Below, piece after piece: positions 21,161-32,333 of a stretch of 64,000 bases of DNA (position 1 is the stretch's first letter; every line of letters starts with the position of its first letter). This DNA comes from a virus. Taxonomy: Duplodnaviria > Caudoviricetes. The notes below the pieces were generated by a model that searched no databases, was not told the origin of the DNA, and saw nothing but the letters and a program-made list of their open reading frames with translations. The translations under genes were made by a program, and so were the position numbers. The stretch lies in the IMG/VR virus record IMGVR_UViG_3300035208_002115; one strand, written 5' to 3'.

Positions 21161-22684
21161 TTATAATTTTGATAATCTACCTAATACGGTTTGTTTTTGG
21201 TCATTATAAGTATCTTGTTTTTTTATCTCAGCAGTGAAACTAACAACACTACCAACAACGACTTCTTCTCCATTAACTAAGAATTTATCTGGTATATCAC
21301 CAAATCTGGTAAATTGGTTGCCGTTCTCATCTTCTAATTTGAAAATAGATACCCAACCCCATTGACCATCATAACCAGAAACGTGTACAATTTTAAGATT
21401 ATCAAGTTTTATTTTTTCACCAATATTACCGACCCAATTAGATTCTTTTTTTGCTTCTTTAGTACGATTTTTAAATTCTTCATAGGATAATTTACCTTGT
21501 AACATAGAACACGCACCTATAATATAACTTATATATTTGAAACTAACGACACCATTTTTTATGAAATTTTGAATATTGAAAAGAAAATTGTTGGTTTTAT
21601 ATTCGGTCTCAACAAAATCAACTAATTTATTATAAAAATCATTATTTTCTTTTGAAACTACATCATTTACCATAGCTACTTCTTCAGCCCATGATTCATA
21701 TCCGTTTTTAGTTCTTGGTGGCTGTGAATTCACATATGATAATGTGCTTGATACTATACTACCAGTTGATGTAACCATGTTTTGTTCTGACCCAGCTTCC
21801 GATTTTTCTGCTCTATCTGCATTTATTTTCTCAGCTCCACTCTTAGATATATAACCATGTTTTTTAACATATCCTGAGAAATATTTGACACAATCTATAA
21901 TATCAACTTCGGTTTCAATATGTCTACCTCGACCACCATCATAACCACCTTCATATTCATCGAACATATCACTTGACATGCTGTTGAAATCATCCATGAA
22001 TATTTTTAAGTCTGATAAATAATTTAAAATATGTTCATATTTATATCCAAGATAATATTTGATACAAGAACCGCCAACTCGAATAGTCTTATCATCTTCT
22101 AAATTCTTAATATAAACAGTTTTGTTCCTTGTTCTTTCAGTGTTACAATGGTCACATGTACAGGAAGTATGTAGATTAGACGGTATCAACTCAAAAGGTA
22201 TTTGTTGATTAGGTGCAGCTTTTATTATACCATCAATATGGTCTATAACTCCCAAAATAACCCATTTGTCTTGTGGTTTTATCTCTGATACCAATTCAAT
22301 GGTTTTGGGAAAAACTTCTGTGGAAACCACTTGATAATTACTTTTCGGTGATTTCACCGTGTATTCGGTTTTAAAATCTGATGCTTTTTTATCATCATCA
22401 GTTAGTGTTTCTTTATAAAATTGAGTTTTATTATCTAAATTGTCGTCTAAATAAACCTTAGATAAAATATAATATTTTTTTGGTGGTAAATCTTTTACTA
22501 TTGGCATCGGCAAACCAATTTGTTTGGAATACCTTTTTATATTTTTTATTAATTTTTCAAAAGTGGATAATTTGTTTTGTGAAAGTTCGATATCAAACTT
22601 ATTTATATCATAAGAAAGTTTAACATCCGTCTTATTATCGGCTGGTTCTAAATTTTCTGTGACAAATGATTTATAATCTTTCAT
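21161..22684 (-). CDS. Phage protein with Zn-binding motif and C-terminal OB-fold-like domain
   Basis: MKDYKSFVTENLE; CDHC...R.R...VGGSC; C-terminal WVGNIGEK...FTAEIKK...QTVLGR. Confidence 0.55.
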   Translation of the reverse strand: MKDYKSFVTENLEPADNKTDVKLSYDINKFDIELSQNKLSTFEKLIKNIKRYSKQIGLPMPIVKDLPPKKYYILSKVYLDDNLDNKTQFYKETLTDDDKKASDFKTEYTVKSPKSNYQVVSTEVFPKTIELVSEIKPQDKWVILGVIDHIDGIIKAAPNQQIPFELIPSNLHTSCTCDHCNTERTRNKTVYIKNLEDDKTIRVGGSCIKYYLGYKYEHILNYLSDLKIFMDDFNSMSSDMFDEYEGGYDGGRGRHIETEVDIIDCVKYFSGYVKKHGYISKSGAEKINADRAEKSEAGSEQNMVTSTGSIVSSTLSYVNSQPPRTKNGYESWAEEVAMVNDVVSKENNDFYNKLVDFVETEYKTNNFLFNIQNFIKNGVVSFKYISYIIGACSMLQGKLSYEEFKNRTKEAKKESNWVGNIGEKIKLDNLKIVHVSGYDGQWGWVSIFKLEDENGNQFTRFGDIPDKFLVNGEEVVVGSVVSFTAEIKKQDTYNDQKQTVLGRLSKL

Positions 22685-22816
22685 ATTGTATAATTTATAC
22701 TACAAAATAACCAATATTTTATTAGATAAAAAAATCCTGATTATACATTATATATTATTTTTTAATAAAAAAGTATCATGGTTTTGGAAATATGCTATTT
22801 TTTTTGTAATTTTATT

Positions 22817-22854
22817 CAAAAATTTTCGTATTTGAATATAAACGAAAATTTTTG
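22817..22854. repeat. 13-bp perfect inverted repeat directly upstream of ORF 22857
   Basis: CAAAAATTTTCGT-N12-ACGAAAATTTTTG. Confidence 0.6.
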
Positions 22855-22856
22855 TT

Positions 22857-23138
22857 ATGGATATTGAACTTCAAAATAATCTTGTTTATAAACCCATTAA
22901 AACAAAGAAGGAATTACGAGAATATATTTTAAATTTAATTTTCGACAGTCAACTTGATAAAGTCGTTTATAAGGGAATTCCACAGGAGATTAATTATAAA
23001 ATGCTGAAAAAGATTCTTGTATCTAAAGAAGAAATTAAAACAACGAAAAGATATATTAATCCTGATATAGTAAGGAATGAATATTATGATATAATAAAAC
23101 GATGCGACATGCCGTATTGTGTTATAATGAAAAAATAA
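22857..23138 (+). CDS. Hypothetical protein
   Basis: 93-aa ORF. Confidence 0.55.
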   Translation: MDIELQNNLVYKPIKTKKELREYILNLIFDSQLDKVVYKGIPQEINYKMLKKILVSKEEIKTTKRYINPDIVRNEYYDIIKRCDMPYCVIMKK

Positions 23139-23148
23139 TTCACTATGA

Positions 23149-23847
23149 ATGAACAAAATTGGATTAGATATATCGTTATCATCAACTGCAATTTGTATAA
23201 AAAATGGTAATACTGTTAAATTATTTAATTATACTACTACCAAATCGAATAATATATGGGTAAAAACGATTGAAAAAGAAGTTTGTTTTAGATTTTTAAA
23301 TAAAAAAGAAGACGTTGAAAAATATTCCGAAAGAGAAATAAATAAATTAAAAGATTTCGAAGAATATTCGGATTTAATTTTAGATGATATATTGAATAAC
23401 ATTGACCCTCATCAAGACACCATTGTAAATATTGAAGGGTATTCTTTTAATAATAAAAATACAAATTCTTTGATAGATATAGTTGGTTTTTCAACTTTAA
23501 TAAGACAAAAAATTTTAATTAGAATACCCAAGGTACATATCGAAATAATATCTCCCAACACCGTCAAATTACAAACTTGTATTAATACTTATGGTTATAT
23601 ACCAGCACCAATAGGTAAGAAGGGTCAAACACTAAAAGACCCTATGATATCAATGAGTCCAAATGGTGTTAAAGGTGGGGATTTTGAAAAATCAGATATG
23701 TTAATTGCTATGCTTGATGCAAACATTCAAAGTCCCATATTATATTATGTAACTTTAAATAAGAGTATATTACTTGGTTCGAAGAAAATACCTAAACCGT
23801 TTGATGATTTAATAGATTCAATACATATTATGACTTTAGTTGTCTAA
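23149..23847 (+). CDS. RuvC-like Holliday junction resolvase (RNase H fold)
   Basis: IGLDISLSST, IEGYS and DDLIDS acidic motifs. Confidence 0.75.
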   Translation: MNKIGLDISLSSTAICIKNGNTVKLFNYTTTKSNNIWVKTIEKEVCFRFLNKKEDVEKYSEREINKLKDFEEYSDLILDDILNNIDPHQDTIVNIEGYSFNNKNTNSLIDIVGFSTLIRQKILIRIPKVHIEIISPNTVKLQTCINTYGYIPAPIGKKGQTLKDPMISMSPNGVKGGDFEKSDMLIAMLDANIQSPILYYVTLNKSILLGSKKIPKPFDDLIDSIHIMTLVV

Positions 23848-24766
23848 AACATATATGGTTTATATCCGAGTGTTTCTTCTATAAAAACTTTTGCATCAAC
23901 AAAATTAACTTCTTTGTAACCAAATTCTTTTACACAAGAACTACATTCTTGTGATATCATGTCTACTTTAGTTTTATGGTGACCGTACTTCCTACCACAA
24001 CTTGGACAAGCGATTTCTTTAATAGGAACACCATAAATTTTATCAATATTATCATACATAATTATGATTTTTATCAGTGATTAATATCATCGGTTAATGT
24101 ATTGCAAATATATTAAAATGTTTTATTTTTGAAACGGATAAATAATTTTATCGATATGAATTCGTTGAGATGTATTTTATTTAATGACCATAAAATTATT
24201 GAAAGAAAAATTATAGGGGATGATGGAAACACCAATTTTCTCTATTGTTGTTCAAGATGTGGTAAAGAAGAAAAGGATATTATATCAAATTATAATAATC
24301 TTCCAATAGAAGAAATATTAAAATTAATAAAAAAAACAATCTAAAATTTAATTACTTTAATTATTATTTCATTATTTTTGTGGTAATAAAAACGAAGATG
24401 ATGAAAAAAAATTCACTTCCCACTTTATTATTGTTTATTATATTAACATTAATATTGAGTTGCCGTTCTACACGGATTTCAAATCATAGAGAAATAGAAG
24501 TTGTTATTTTACCAGACACAACACCAAAAATAATTTGTGATACATTGGATGCTGGTCGTGTAAAATTGACTTCAATCTTTGGTGGATACTGGAATGATAC
24601 TATAACAACAACTTTTATAATGACTGAAAATTATACCTTATCTATTCGGGGTAGTTATAATGTACCTGATAGTGTACAATCTTATATTTTTATTTTTGAT
24701 AACGACAGAAGAACTGCATGTTTTACATGGGATGGGAATACAACATTACATAAAATATTAAAATAA
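23844..24766. other. Small CDSs: 23844-24059 (-, CxxC), 24129-24344 (+), 24380-24766 (+, lipoprotein-like)
   Basis: CPSCG...CSSC; hydrophobic signal followed by ILSC, a lipobox-like motif. Confidence 0.5.
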
Positions 24767-24774
24767 ATAATCAT

Positions 24775-26697
24775 ATGACAAGAGAAGAACAAAAACAGTG
24801 GATTATAGACAGAGATAGAGAATATCGTAGTGGTAATACAACAGTGTCCGACCCAGAATACGATGAAGTGTATTACGATTTTGTCAAAAAATATCCAGAT
24901 GATGAGGATATAACACTTGATGGTGTTATAGAGCAACCATTAGAAGATGCCGAATTACTTCCGATTAAAATGTATTCTTTGGAAAAGGAACATAGTATAG
25001 ATGAAATTAAAACGTGGTGTAGAAATAAAGGTATACCAGAAGATACTATATTCACTGCCACTGGAAAGTATGATGGTTTATCTCTTTGTACAAGAGAACT
25101 TATTATAAAATGCTGGACAAGGGGTAAAGGAATCTACGGGGAAATTAAAGATGAACATTTTTTAATAATTAAAACAGGTAAAACCGCTGCCGAATTCATA
25201 ACGGATAATGATGTCACATACGGTGAATGTATAATTACTAAAAAGGATTGGAAAGAGAATTTTGAAGGAAAACTAAATCCGAGAGATGGTAAGCCATTTA
25301 AAGCAGCCAGAAATACAATTGCTGGTCAAATAAACACAAAGAAATCAATAAACCAAGAACTTCTTAAATATGGAACTTATGTTCGTTATGGAATAGAGAG
25401 TATCGAAGGTTCTCATATGAACAAATCTGACCAATTGGATTTAGTAAACCAGATGAATGAAATACCAGTTCATTATGAATTGATGAATATGGATGACTTC
25501 ACGCTTGAAAATTTCAATAATCTGTACAATAAAATAAGCGAGACATTTGAAATAGATGGGTTGGTTATTGAAATCGATGATTATAATCTACGGGAAGAAC
25601 TGGGTAGAGAAAGAAATAATAACCCTGCATATGCTCGTGCATTGAAACTACCAGAATGGTCTACGAAAGTTAAAGTGCCATGTTTATCATTAAGACTTGG
25701 TGTTTCTAAACAAGGTAAAATTAAACCAGTTGCCCAGATTGAACCCACAATAATAACTAATGTTGAGGTTTCAAATTTCACTTGTTACAATATGAACTAT
25801 GTGTTTGAAAATAATATTGCTGCTGGTTCATTTGTCGAAATAACCCGTTCGGGTGATGTAATACCTAAACATCTGAAAACGTTCACTCATAACCAAAGTG
25901 AGATTGATAAATTAAGAGAACAACTTAAAAAGTGTCCATGTTGTGGTTCAGATACTTACTGGGACGACACCCACACTGAACTTATGTGTAATAATTTAAA
26001 ATGTCCAGAACGTTTGCTTAATAAACAAATTTCTTTTTTCACCAATATAAAGATTGATAATTTCGGAGAAAAAGAAATTGAAAAGTTATTCAATGCTGGA
26101 TATGATACTCCGAAAAAATTACTGGAAATCACATATGATGAGTTGTATAAATTCGATGGTTGGGCTGATAAATCTATAACAAAATTATTAAGTCAATTTG
26201 ATAAATTACACCGTGAGGGTTTACCTTTAGCGAAAATAATTCATGCACTCGATTTATTTGAAGGTAAACTTGGTGAGAAAGATTCCCAGAGAATATTTGA
26301 TAATTTTAAAGGTGATTTTGATGACCCAAATATTATTGAACAATTATGTGAAATAGAAGGTATTGGCGAAATAAAAGCTAAAGCTTTTTATGTTGGTCTC
26401 AAAGAATATAATCTTTATCATCAGGACTTACCCATTAAAGTATCTTACGCTGAATCACCTAAAATGGAATTGAAAAGTAATAAATATGAAGGTTTCAATA
26501 TCTGTATGACGGGGTTCAGAGATGCAGAACTCGCTAAAATGATTAAAGAAAATGGTGGTGTGTATACTGATGGTGTATCCAAAAAAACCACACATCTTTT
26601 AGTTAAAGATAAAAATAGTGGGTCAGGAAAATTGGAAAAGGCTACAAACATGGGTATTCCAATTTTATACAAAGAAGAATTTTTAGAAAATTATTAA
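24775..26697 (+). CDS. ligA: NAD-dependent DNA ligase
   Basis: KYDG adenylation motif, EIDGLVIE, RSGDVIP, CPCC zinc finger, HhH repeats and C-terminal BRCT (TGFR...GVSKKTTHL). Confidence 0.95.
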   Translation: MTREEQKQWIIDRDREYRSGNTTVSDPEYDEVYYDFVKKYPDDEDITLDGVIEQPLEDAELLPIKMYSLEKEHSIDEIKTWCRNKGIPEDTIFTATGKYDGLSLCTRELIIKCWTRGKGIYGEIKDEHFLIIKTGKTAAEFITDNDVTYGECIITKKDWKENFEGKLNPRDGKPFKAARNTIAGQINTKKSINQELLKYGTYVRYGIESIEGSHMNKSDQLDLVNQMNEIPVHYELMNMDDFTLENFNNLYNKISETFEIDGLVIEIDDYNLREELGRERNNNPAYARALKLPEWSTKVKVPCLSLRLGVSKQGKIKPVAQIEPTIITNVEVSNFTCYNMNYVFENNIAAGSFVEITRSGDVIPKHLKTFTHNQSEIDKLREQLKKCPCCGSDTYWDDTHTELMCNNLKCPERLLNKQISFFTNIKIDNFGEKEIEKLFNAGYDTPKKLLEITYDELYKFDGWADKSITKLLSQFDKLHREGLPLAKIIHALDLFEGKLGEKDSQRIFDNFKGDFDDPNIIEQLCEIEGIGEIKAKAFYVGLKEYNLYHQDLPIKVSYAESPKMELKSNKYEGFNICMTGFRDAELAKMIKENGGVYTDGVSKKTTHLLVKDKNSGSGKLEKATNMGIPILYKEEFLENY

Positions 26698-26707
26698 CAT
26701 AATCAAA

Positions 26708-27320
26708 ATGAAAATAATTATATCACAACAATCAACCGAATTAGCTACACAATATCTTAAAGAAGAAATAGGAAAAATAGTAAGTGTTAATAAAGAAAAA
26801 ATATCTTGTGTTGAATCAAGCGCACTACTTTGTTCATTTTTACTTGATGAATTAGTAAGTTTTAAAAAACCTTCTAATGGTAATACTTATAAAACTGGAG
26901 TTATATACAATTTGGGTGTATATGTCAATTTGTTACAAAGATGGGATGATTATTTTATTTATCTTAAAAATGGTGACGACTTAATTGAAACGGTTGAAGT
27001 GATAAACGCTGAAATATTAATTTAATCTCAAAATAAAAACAATTGTTATGAAAAATTCGAATTACAAAATCGTGGAATTATCCGAAAACAAAAAGAAAAA
27101 ACCTTTTAAATTTTACATCCCATTATACAATGGTGAATTCCAGACTGAGAAGTTTGATGATGCTACACCTTTTAAAGATGAATTACCAGAAGGTTTTAAA
27201 CCAATTTTAACAAAAAAAGAATGTTTTTCTAAGAAGAAAGCAAAAAAAGCAATCAGACTACACAATAAATTATTGAAAAGAGAATCTTGTGATACAGTAA
27301 CAAAGGTTATTAGTTATTAA
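26708..27320 (+). other. Two hypothetical CDSs (26708-27025, 27048-27320)
   Basis: Co-oriented ORFs. Confidence 0.55.
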
Positions 27321-27336
27321 TAAATTTTTAGTATAT

Positions 27337-27375
27337 AATTATGTTTGGGACACTAAAAGTTACCCAAACATAATT
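27337..27375. terminator. 13-bp stem-loop, possible terminator or operator
   Basis: AATTATGTTTGGG-N13-CCCAAACATAATT; the left arm contains TATGTTTG (TAnnTTTG). Confidence 0.55.
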
Positions 27376-27408
27376 TATTATACTTTAGATTAACATAAAA
27401 AATATTTA

Positions 27409-27714
27409 ATGTGTTATTCTGGTAAGTGTATATGGGAAACTTATGAGGGAGATTGTGGGTATCCACTATCTAATTACAGATTTTTAAAAATATTTCCCAA
27501 GACACTTTGTTATACTGGTGAAGATGGTGAAGGTTCATATTATGTTAATAAAGTTAAGATAGCAGTTGATTGTTGGAAACAAATTTGTCGTCTTAAAATA
27601 ACCCAGATAACAGAACAAGAAATTATAATCAAACAAGCTGAAAGAAAATTAAAACTACTAAATATATTCTCAGATGAGCAAAATGACAATCGAACTTCAA
27701 GAAGAAATAAATAA
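27409..27714 (+). CDS. Small Cys-rich protein with C-terminal tag
   Basis: MCYSGKCIWE...GDC; ERKLKLLNIF. Confidence 0.55.
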   Translation: MCYSGKCIWETYEGDCGYPLSNYRFLKIFPKTLCYTGEDGEGSYYVNKVKIAVDCWKQICRLKITQITEQEIIIKQAERKLKLLNIFSDEQNDNRTSRRNK

Positions 27715-28582
27715 AATATTTAAAAAAAATTTCGGTTACACTCCACTTAATGAAAGACTCAAAGACATTCAGAGAGAATTTTTTGAGTTAATGAAATGGA
27801 CTGATGTTAAAAATTTAAAAGAAGAAGCTGGGGATTTGATATGTTCCTTAATAGAATTACATACTGAGAATGGATGGGATTTACAAGAGAATATAGAAAG
27901 TACTCTTTTGAAGATTGAGTCCCGAATGTTACAATACAAAACCCTTGGTCGTAAAACTAAGGTTGCTATATATGGTGGTGCTTTTGACCCAATAACAATA
28001 GGTCACATTCAGGTGGCACAATTTCTTTTAAATACTTCTGGTGAATTCGATGAGGTTTGGATAATGCCAGCATACAAACATATGTATGGTAAAAGGATGG
28101 AAGATGCCGAAGATAGATTAGAAATGTGCCGATTGGCAGCCAAGGTTGATAATAGAATAAGAATTTTTGATTATGAAATAAAAAATCAACTGGCTGGTGA
28201 AACATATTATTTTGTTAAAAAATTAAAAGAGGAAAAAGAACTAACAGAACAATTTCATTTTAGTATAGTGATTGGTTTGGATAATTCTAATACCTTCGAG
28301 AATTGGGTCAATTATGAATTGTTGGAAAGATTAATTCGTTTTGTTGTTGTACCAAGACGTGGTTATGTTAGCAGTAGTCCGAAAGCTTGGTATTTTAAAG
28401 AACCTCACATATATTTAAGCGGTGAGAACCCAGTTATGGAAGTTTCTTCTTCTGAAGTAAGAGAGCTATTGGTTAAATATTACAAAGATATTCATCCAGA
28501 TGATGAGAAAAAACTATTAACAAAAATATCACTCGATGTATTTAGATATATTGTAAAAAAACAATTATATACAGAATTATAA
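27674..28582 (+). CDS. nadD: MazG-like domain fused to nicotinate/nicotinamide mononucleotide adenylyltransferase
   Basis: N-terminal REFFEL...KEEAGDL (MazG-like); GGAFDPITIGH, IGLDN and VSSSEVR (NadD). Confidence 0.85.
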   Translation: MSKMTIELQEEINKIFKKNFGYTPLNERLKDIQREFFELMKWTDVKNLKEEAGDLICSLIELHTENGWDLQENIESTLLKIESRMLQYKTLGRKTKVAIYGGAFDPITIGHIQVAQFLLNTSGEFDEVWIMPAYKHMYGKRMEDAEDRLEMCRLAAKVDNRIRIFDYEIKNQLAGETYYFVKKLKEEKELTEQFHFSIVIGLDNSNTFENWVNYELLERLIRFVVVPRRGYVSSSPKAWYFKEPHIYLSGENPVMEVSSSEVRELLVKYYKDIHPDDEKKLLTKISLDVFRYIVKKQLYTEL

Positions 28583-28656
28583 GTATAAATTTTTTCAAAC
28601 ATTTAAACGGATTTTAACTATAATAATTTTATTCTAAAAATTAAAAACGGAAACAA

Positions 28657-29013
28657 ATGGAAGATTTAAAAGAACAAACGGAACAATTGACTGGAGCGTT
28701 TTTTGCTTCATTAAAACGCAATAACAAACAAATACGGGATGACCGGGCGCTTGCTATTGTGGAAGATACTCAAATGATTTACAAGCGTAAAATTGAGGAT
28801 TTGGAAACGGAGTTGAAAAGGATGAGAAGGGAACTCGAAAACATGCTTGACCTTTCTCCAACAAATGCACAATCACTTATTATAGCAAGTGATTTTAAGA
28901 GTATCGAATTTGTTGATAAAGACCTTGAATTGGGTTTAAAGATTCGCAATACCGAAATTATGTTGGAAATTTCAAAAAAAAGGTATGAATTTTTATTTGG
29001 AGGGAATGAATAA
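28657..29013 (+). CDS. Hypothetical coiled-coil protein, first gene of the vWA/PurA-like operon
   Basis: 118 aa; stop overlaps the vWA start (TAATG). Confidence 0.65.
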   Translation: MEDLKEQTEQLTGAFFASLKRNNKQIRDDRALAIVEDTQMIYKRKIEDLETELKRMRRELENMLDLSPTNAQSLIIASDFKSIEFVDKDLELGLKIRNTEIMLEISKKRYEFLFGGNE

Positions 29014-29912
29014 TGGGTGGTGGTAATTATTCCTTACATTCTCGTTCAGTAAGGGCTGCTGATTTAGGCTATAAGACTAAATCAACTCATGAGATTTTCA
29101 AACAGCGTTCCATTAATAATGCAATGAATCCATTTGGAGTCGCTATTAGAGAATCGAGAGATTCTAACGAACACCCAAATTCAGTATCAATTATACTGGG
29201 TTTAGATGTTACAGGTTCTATGGGGTCTGTCCCACATTTTCTTGTAAAAGAAGGATTACCCAATATAATGGAAAAAATTATCGCTGGTGGTATAGCTGAC
29301 CCACAGGTACTTTTTCTTGCCATTGGAGACCACGAAGAAGATAATTCACCCTTACAGGTGGCTCAATTTGAATCAAGTGATGAATTACTTGATAAATGGT
29401 TAACTGATGTATATCTTGAAGGTGGTGGTGGTGGTAACGAAGGTGAAAGTTATTTACTTGCATGGTATTTTGCTGCATATCATACTTCAATTGATTGTTT
29501 TGAAAAGAGAAACAACAAAGGATTTATATTCACTATCGGTGACGAACCAACTTTAAAGAATTTACCCAAAAATGCTGTTAAAGACATGATGGGTGAAGGA
29601 CAATATAGTGATTACACATCTGATTCTCTTTTAGAAAAAGCTTGTGAAAAATATCATGTTTATCACTTACATATAAAACAAACAAATGCAGGTGGCCGAC
29701 AAGAGACTATTAATGGTTGGAAACAACTTATGGGTGATAAACTCATTATTGTTGAAAATAAGAATGATGTAGCAAATATTATTGCTGAAACTATTTTGAA
29801 AGTTCAAAAAAGTGAAAAACCTAAAGTTAAAGAACAGGATTATACACCAAGTTCATCTGATTCAATCATTGTTTCTGACACAACTGAGTTTAGTCCAAGT
29901 GATATGTTATAA
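29013..29912 (+). CDS. vWA-domain protein
   Basis: LDVTGSM MIDAS-like motif, GGGGNEGESY, FTIGDE. Confidence 0.85.
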   Translation: MGGGNYSLHSRSVRAADLGYKTKSTHEIFKQRSINNAMNPFGVAIRESRDSNEHPNSVSIILGLDVTGSMGSVPHFLVKEGLPNIMEKIIAGGIADPQVLFLAIGDHEEDNSPLQVAQFESSDELLDKWLTDVYLEGGGGGNEGESYLLAWYFAAYHTSIDCFEKRNNKGFIFTIGDEPTLKNLPKNAVKDMMGEGQYSDYTSDSLLEKACEKYHVYHLHIKQTNAGGRQETINGWKQLMGDKLIIVENKNDVANIIAETILKVQKSEKPKVKEQDYTPSSSDSIIVSDTTEFSPSDML

Positions 29913-29924
29913 AACAATTATTTA

Positions 29925-32333
29925 ATGAATAAAGCTGTTTTGGGCATTGGGTATGGGGATGAAGGTAAGGGTATAACAACCGATTACCTCTGTCCCCTTT
30001 CTTTTAATCCAATGGTAGTGAGATTTTCAGGTGGTCAGCAAGCTGGTCATTGTCAAGTAGGTGATACACTTATTACCACAATTAATGGTTTATTTTATAT
30101 TAAAGATTTAGTAGGTGAAAAAACAAATGTTAATTCGTCTTTTGATGTCATTAATATGAATTTAGAATCTGAAAAAACATCCTTATTGTATAAAGAAAAA
30201 AATAAAAAGGTTAATAAAATACTTCTTTCCAATGGTGTCGAATTTGGGTGTACTTCTTCACATAAATATTTCGTATGGAATTCTATTAATATGTCATGTG
30301 AGTGGGTTGAAAGTGTGTATTTGAATAAAAATATACATCAATTTATTTTCCCAAAAAAATATGATAATTATATAGGTAATGATTTATTTGATTTATCTAA
30401 TATTGATAATACAACAGATTTTATTCATAATAAAGTTAAAATTAACATTAAAAAAATAGATATATATGATATATCGGAGTTAATGGGTCTTGTTAATGGT
30501 GATGGTATGTTTACTAAAAAGGGTTTACAAATTATTTTTAATAAAAAACAAAAAGATGTATTAGAAACAGTTGTTAATTCCTTAAAAAACATGGGGATAA
30601 ATTATACAATTAAACCACATAAATGCAAATCTTGTTTAATATTATATATATGGTCTACTGATTTTTTGAATATTCTTTTAAAATTGGGTTGCTTTTTTAA
30701 AAAAGGTGTAGAAAAAAGAACACCCACTTTTGTGTTAAATGGTACAAAAAAAATAATTAAATCATATTTAAGAGGTCTTTTTGATACCGATGGGTGTGTT
30801 AGTTTTCACAAAAAAAAACAAAATATATATGGAAGAATAAAATTTAGTAACACATCTGAAATTTTAATTCGAGAAATGCAACAAATGTTATATTTAATTG
30901 GAATACATTCCCATGTATCAATATATAAAAATAAAAAAAAGAAACGATTAACTGTATTTAATATAGAAATATCTTCTATTGAAGATATTATAAAATTTTC
31001 AGAAAGAATAGGATTTATTTCTAAATATAATAATAATAAATTAGATAAATTAATAGAATTAAAACAAAATAAAAACCCAAACCTTAATGGTGTTGTATTA
31101 AAAGTAAATTCAAATTTCAAAAAAAACTTCCTTAAAATATTAAATAAAAAGGGAAGAAATAATAACAATATTAGAACAAATTTCATTCTAAATAATAAAT
31201 CAAAAATACAAGAAGAATATAATTATCTGATAGAACTTTTAGAAACATATAATTTAATAAATATTAAAGAAATAGTATTAAATGACAGAATTGAAAATGT
31301 CTACGATATAACAATGCCAAACACACATAGTTATATTTCAAATGGTACTATATCCCACAACACCGTTATTTTAAATGATATCAGACACGTATTTTCAAAT
31401 TTTGGTTCTGGTACATTACGTGAAATCCCAAGTTATTGGGCGAAATACTGCACCGTTGACCCAGTTGGTCTAATAAATGAATTAGATATTTTAATTGAAA
31501 AAGGTGTTCAGCCTTTATTATACATTGATGAAAGGTGTCCTATAACAACACCATTTGATATATTTTATAATCATGAATCCGAAAAAACCAATAATCATGG
31601 TAGCGTTGGGGTTGGTGTTGGTGCTACAATAAATAGAGAAGAAAAATTTTATTCTTTACAATTTGGTGATTTATTTTATGAACCAGTGATGAGAATAAAA
31701 TTAAATGAAATAAAAAAATTCTATAATTTAAATTTTGAAATTAATTTAGATAGATTTTTTCAAAGTATAGAAAGAATCATATCTTCTAAAAATATAAAAC
31801 CTGTGTATGATTTTCCATTTAGTGAAAATTATATTTTTGAAGGTTCTCAGGGATTATTATTAGACCCAAATATTGGGTTTTTCCCTCATGTCACAAGAAG
31901 TTATGTTAGTACTAAAAATATAATAGATGCTGGATTTAAACCTGAATTATATTTAGTTACAAGAGCTTATCAAACCAGACATGGTAATGGGGCTATGATT
32001 GGTGAAAACATTCCACATAATATTTTAGTGAACCCAAATGAAACTAATGTGATGCACCCACACCAAGGTGAATTTAGACGGGCATTACTTAATTTAGATT
32101 TATTAACATATAGTGTTAATAAAGACCCGTATATTCGTTTTTGTTTGAACAAAACTCTTGTAATAACATGTCTTGACCATATTGTAAATGATTATAGATT
32201 TACTTATAAGAATGAAATAATAACATCCTCAAATGAAAATAGTTTCATTCAAAAAGTAAGCAAAATATTAGATATAAAGAATGTTTTAATTAGTAAATCA
32301 GATGAATCGAAAAATATAATAAAATGGAACTAA
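29925..32333 (+). CDS. purA: Adenylosuccinate synthetase-like protein containing an intein
   Basis: GDEGKG, RFSGGQQAGH|TV, FGSG, HGSVGVG, FEGSQG.LLD, FPHVTRS, TRHGNG. Confidence 0.85.
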   Translation: MNKAVLGIGYGDEGKGITTDYLCPLSFNPMVVRFSGGQQAGHCQVGDTLITTINGLFYIKDLVGEKTNVNSSFDVINMNLESEKTSLLYKEKNKKVNKILLSNGVEFGCTSSHKYFVWNSINMSCEWVESVYLNKNIHQFIFPKKYDNYIGNDLFDLSNIDNTTDFIHNKVKINIKKIDIYDISELMGLVNGDGMFTKKGLQIIFNKKQKDVLETVVNSLKNMGINYTIKPHKCKSCLILYIWSTDFLNILLKLGCFFKKGVEKRTPTFVLNGTKKIIKSYLRGLFDTDGCVSFHKKKQNIYGRIKFSNTSEILIREMQQMLYLIGIHSHVSIYKNKKKKRLTVFNIEISSIEDIIKFSERIGFISKYNNNKLDKLIELKQNKNPNLNGVVLKVNSNFKKNFLKILNKKGRNNNNIRTNFILNNKSKIQEEYNYLIELLETYNLINIKEIVLNDRIENVYDITMPNTHSYISNGTISHNTVILNDIRHVFSNFGSGTLREIPSYWAKYCTVDPVGLINELDILIEKGVQPLLYIDERCPITTPFDIFYNHESEKTNNHGSVGVGVGATINREEKFYSLQFGDLFYEPVMRIKLNEIKKFYNLNFEINLDRFFQSIERIISSKNIKPVYDFPFSENYIFEGSQGLLLDPNIGFFPHVTRSYVSTKNIIDAGFKPELYLVTRAYQTRHGNGAMIGENIPHNILVNPNETNVMHPHQGEFRRALLNLDLLTYSVNKDPYIRFCLNKTLVITCLDHIVNDYRFTYKNEIITSSNENSFIQKVSKILDIKNVLISKSDESKNIIKWN
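30051..31361 (+). mobile_element. Intein with LAGLIDADG homing endonuclease (437 aa)
   Basis: Starts CQVGDTLI, block B TSSH, LMGLVNGDG and YLRGLFDTDG, block F VYDITM, ends ISHN followed by Thr; removal restores QAGH-TV. Confidence 0.93.

Noticed and set aside
23149-23847. RuvC-fold protein as a Cas effector
   Set aside because: Short resolvase-like layout, no zinc finger, and not next to an array
29925-32333. PurZ (Z-genome) assignment
   Set aside because: Retains GDEGKG with Asp rather than the PurZ Ser-type motif; no adjacent datZ-like gene recognised
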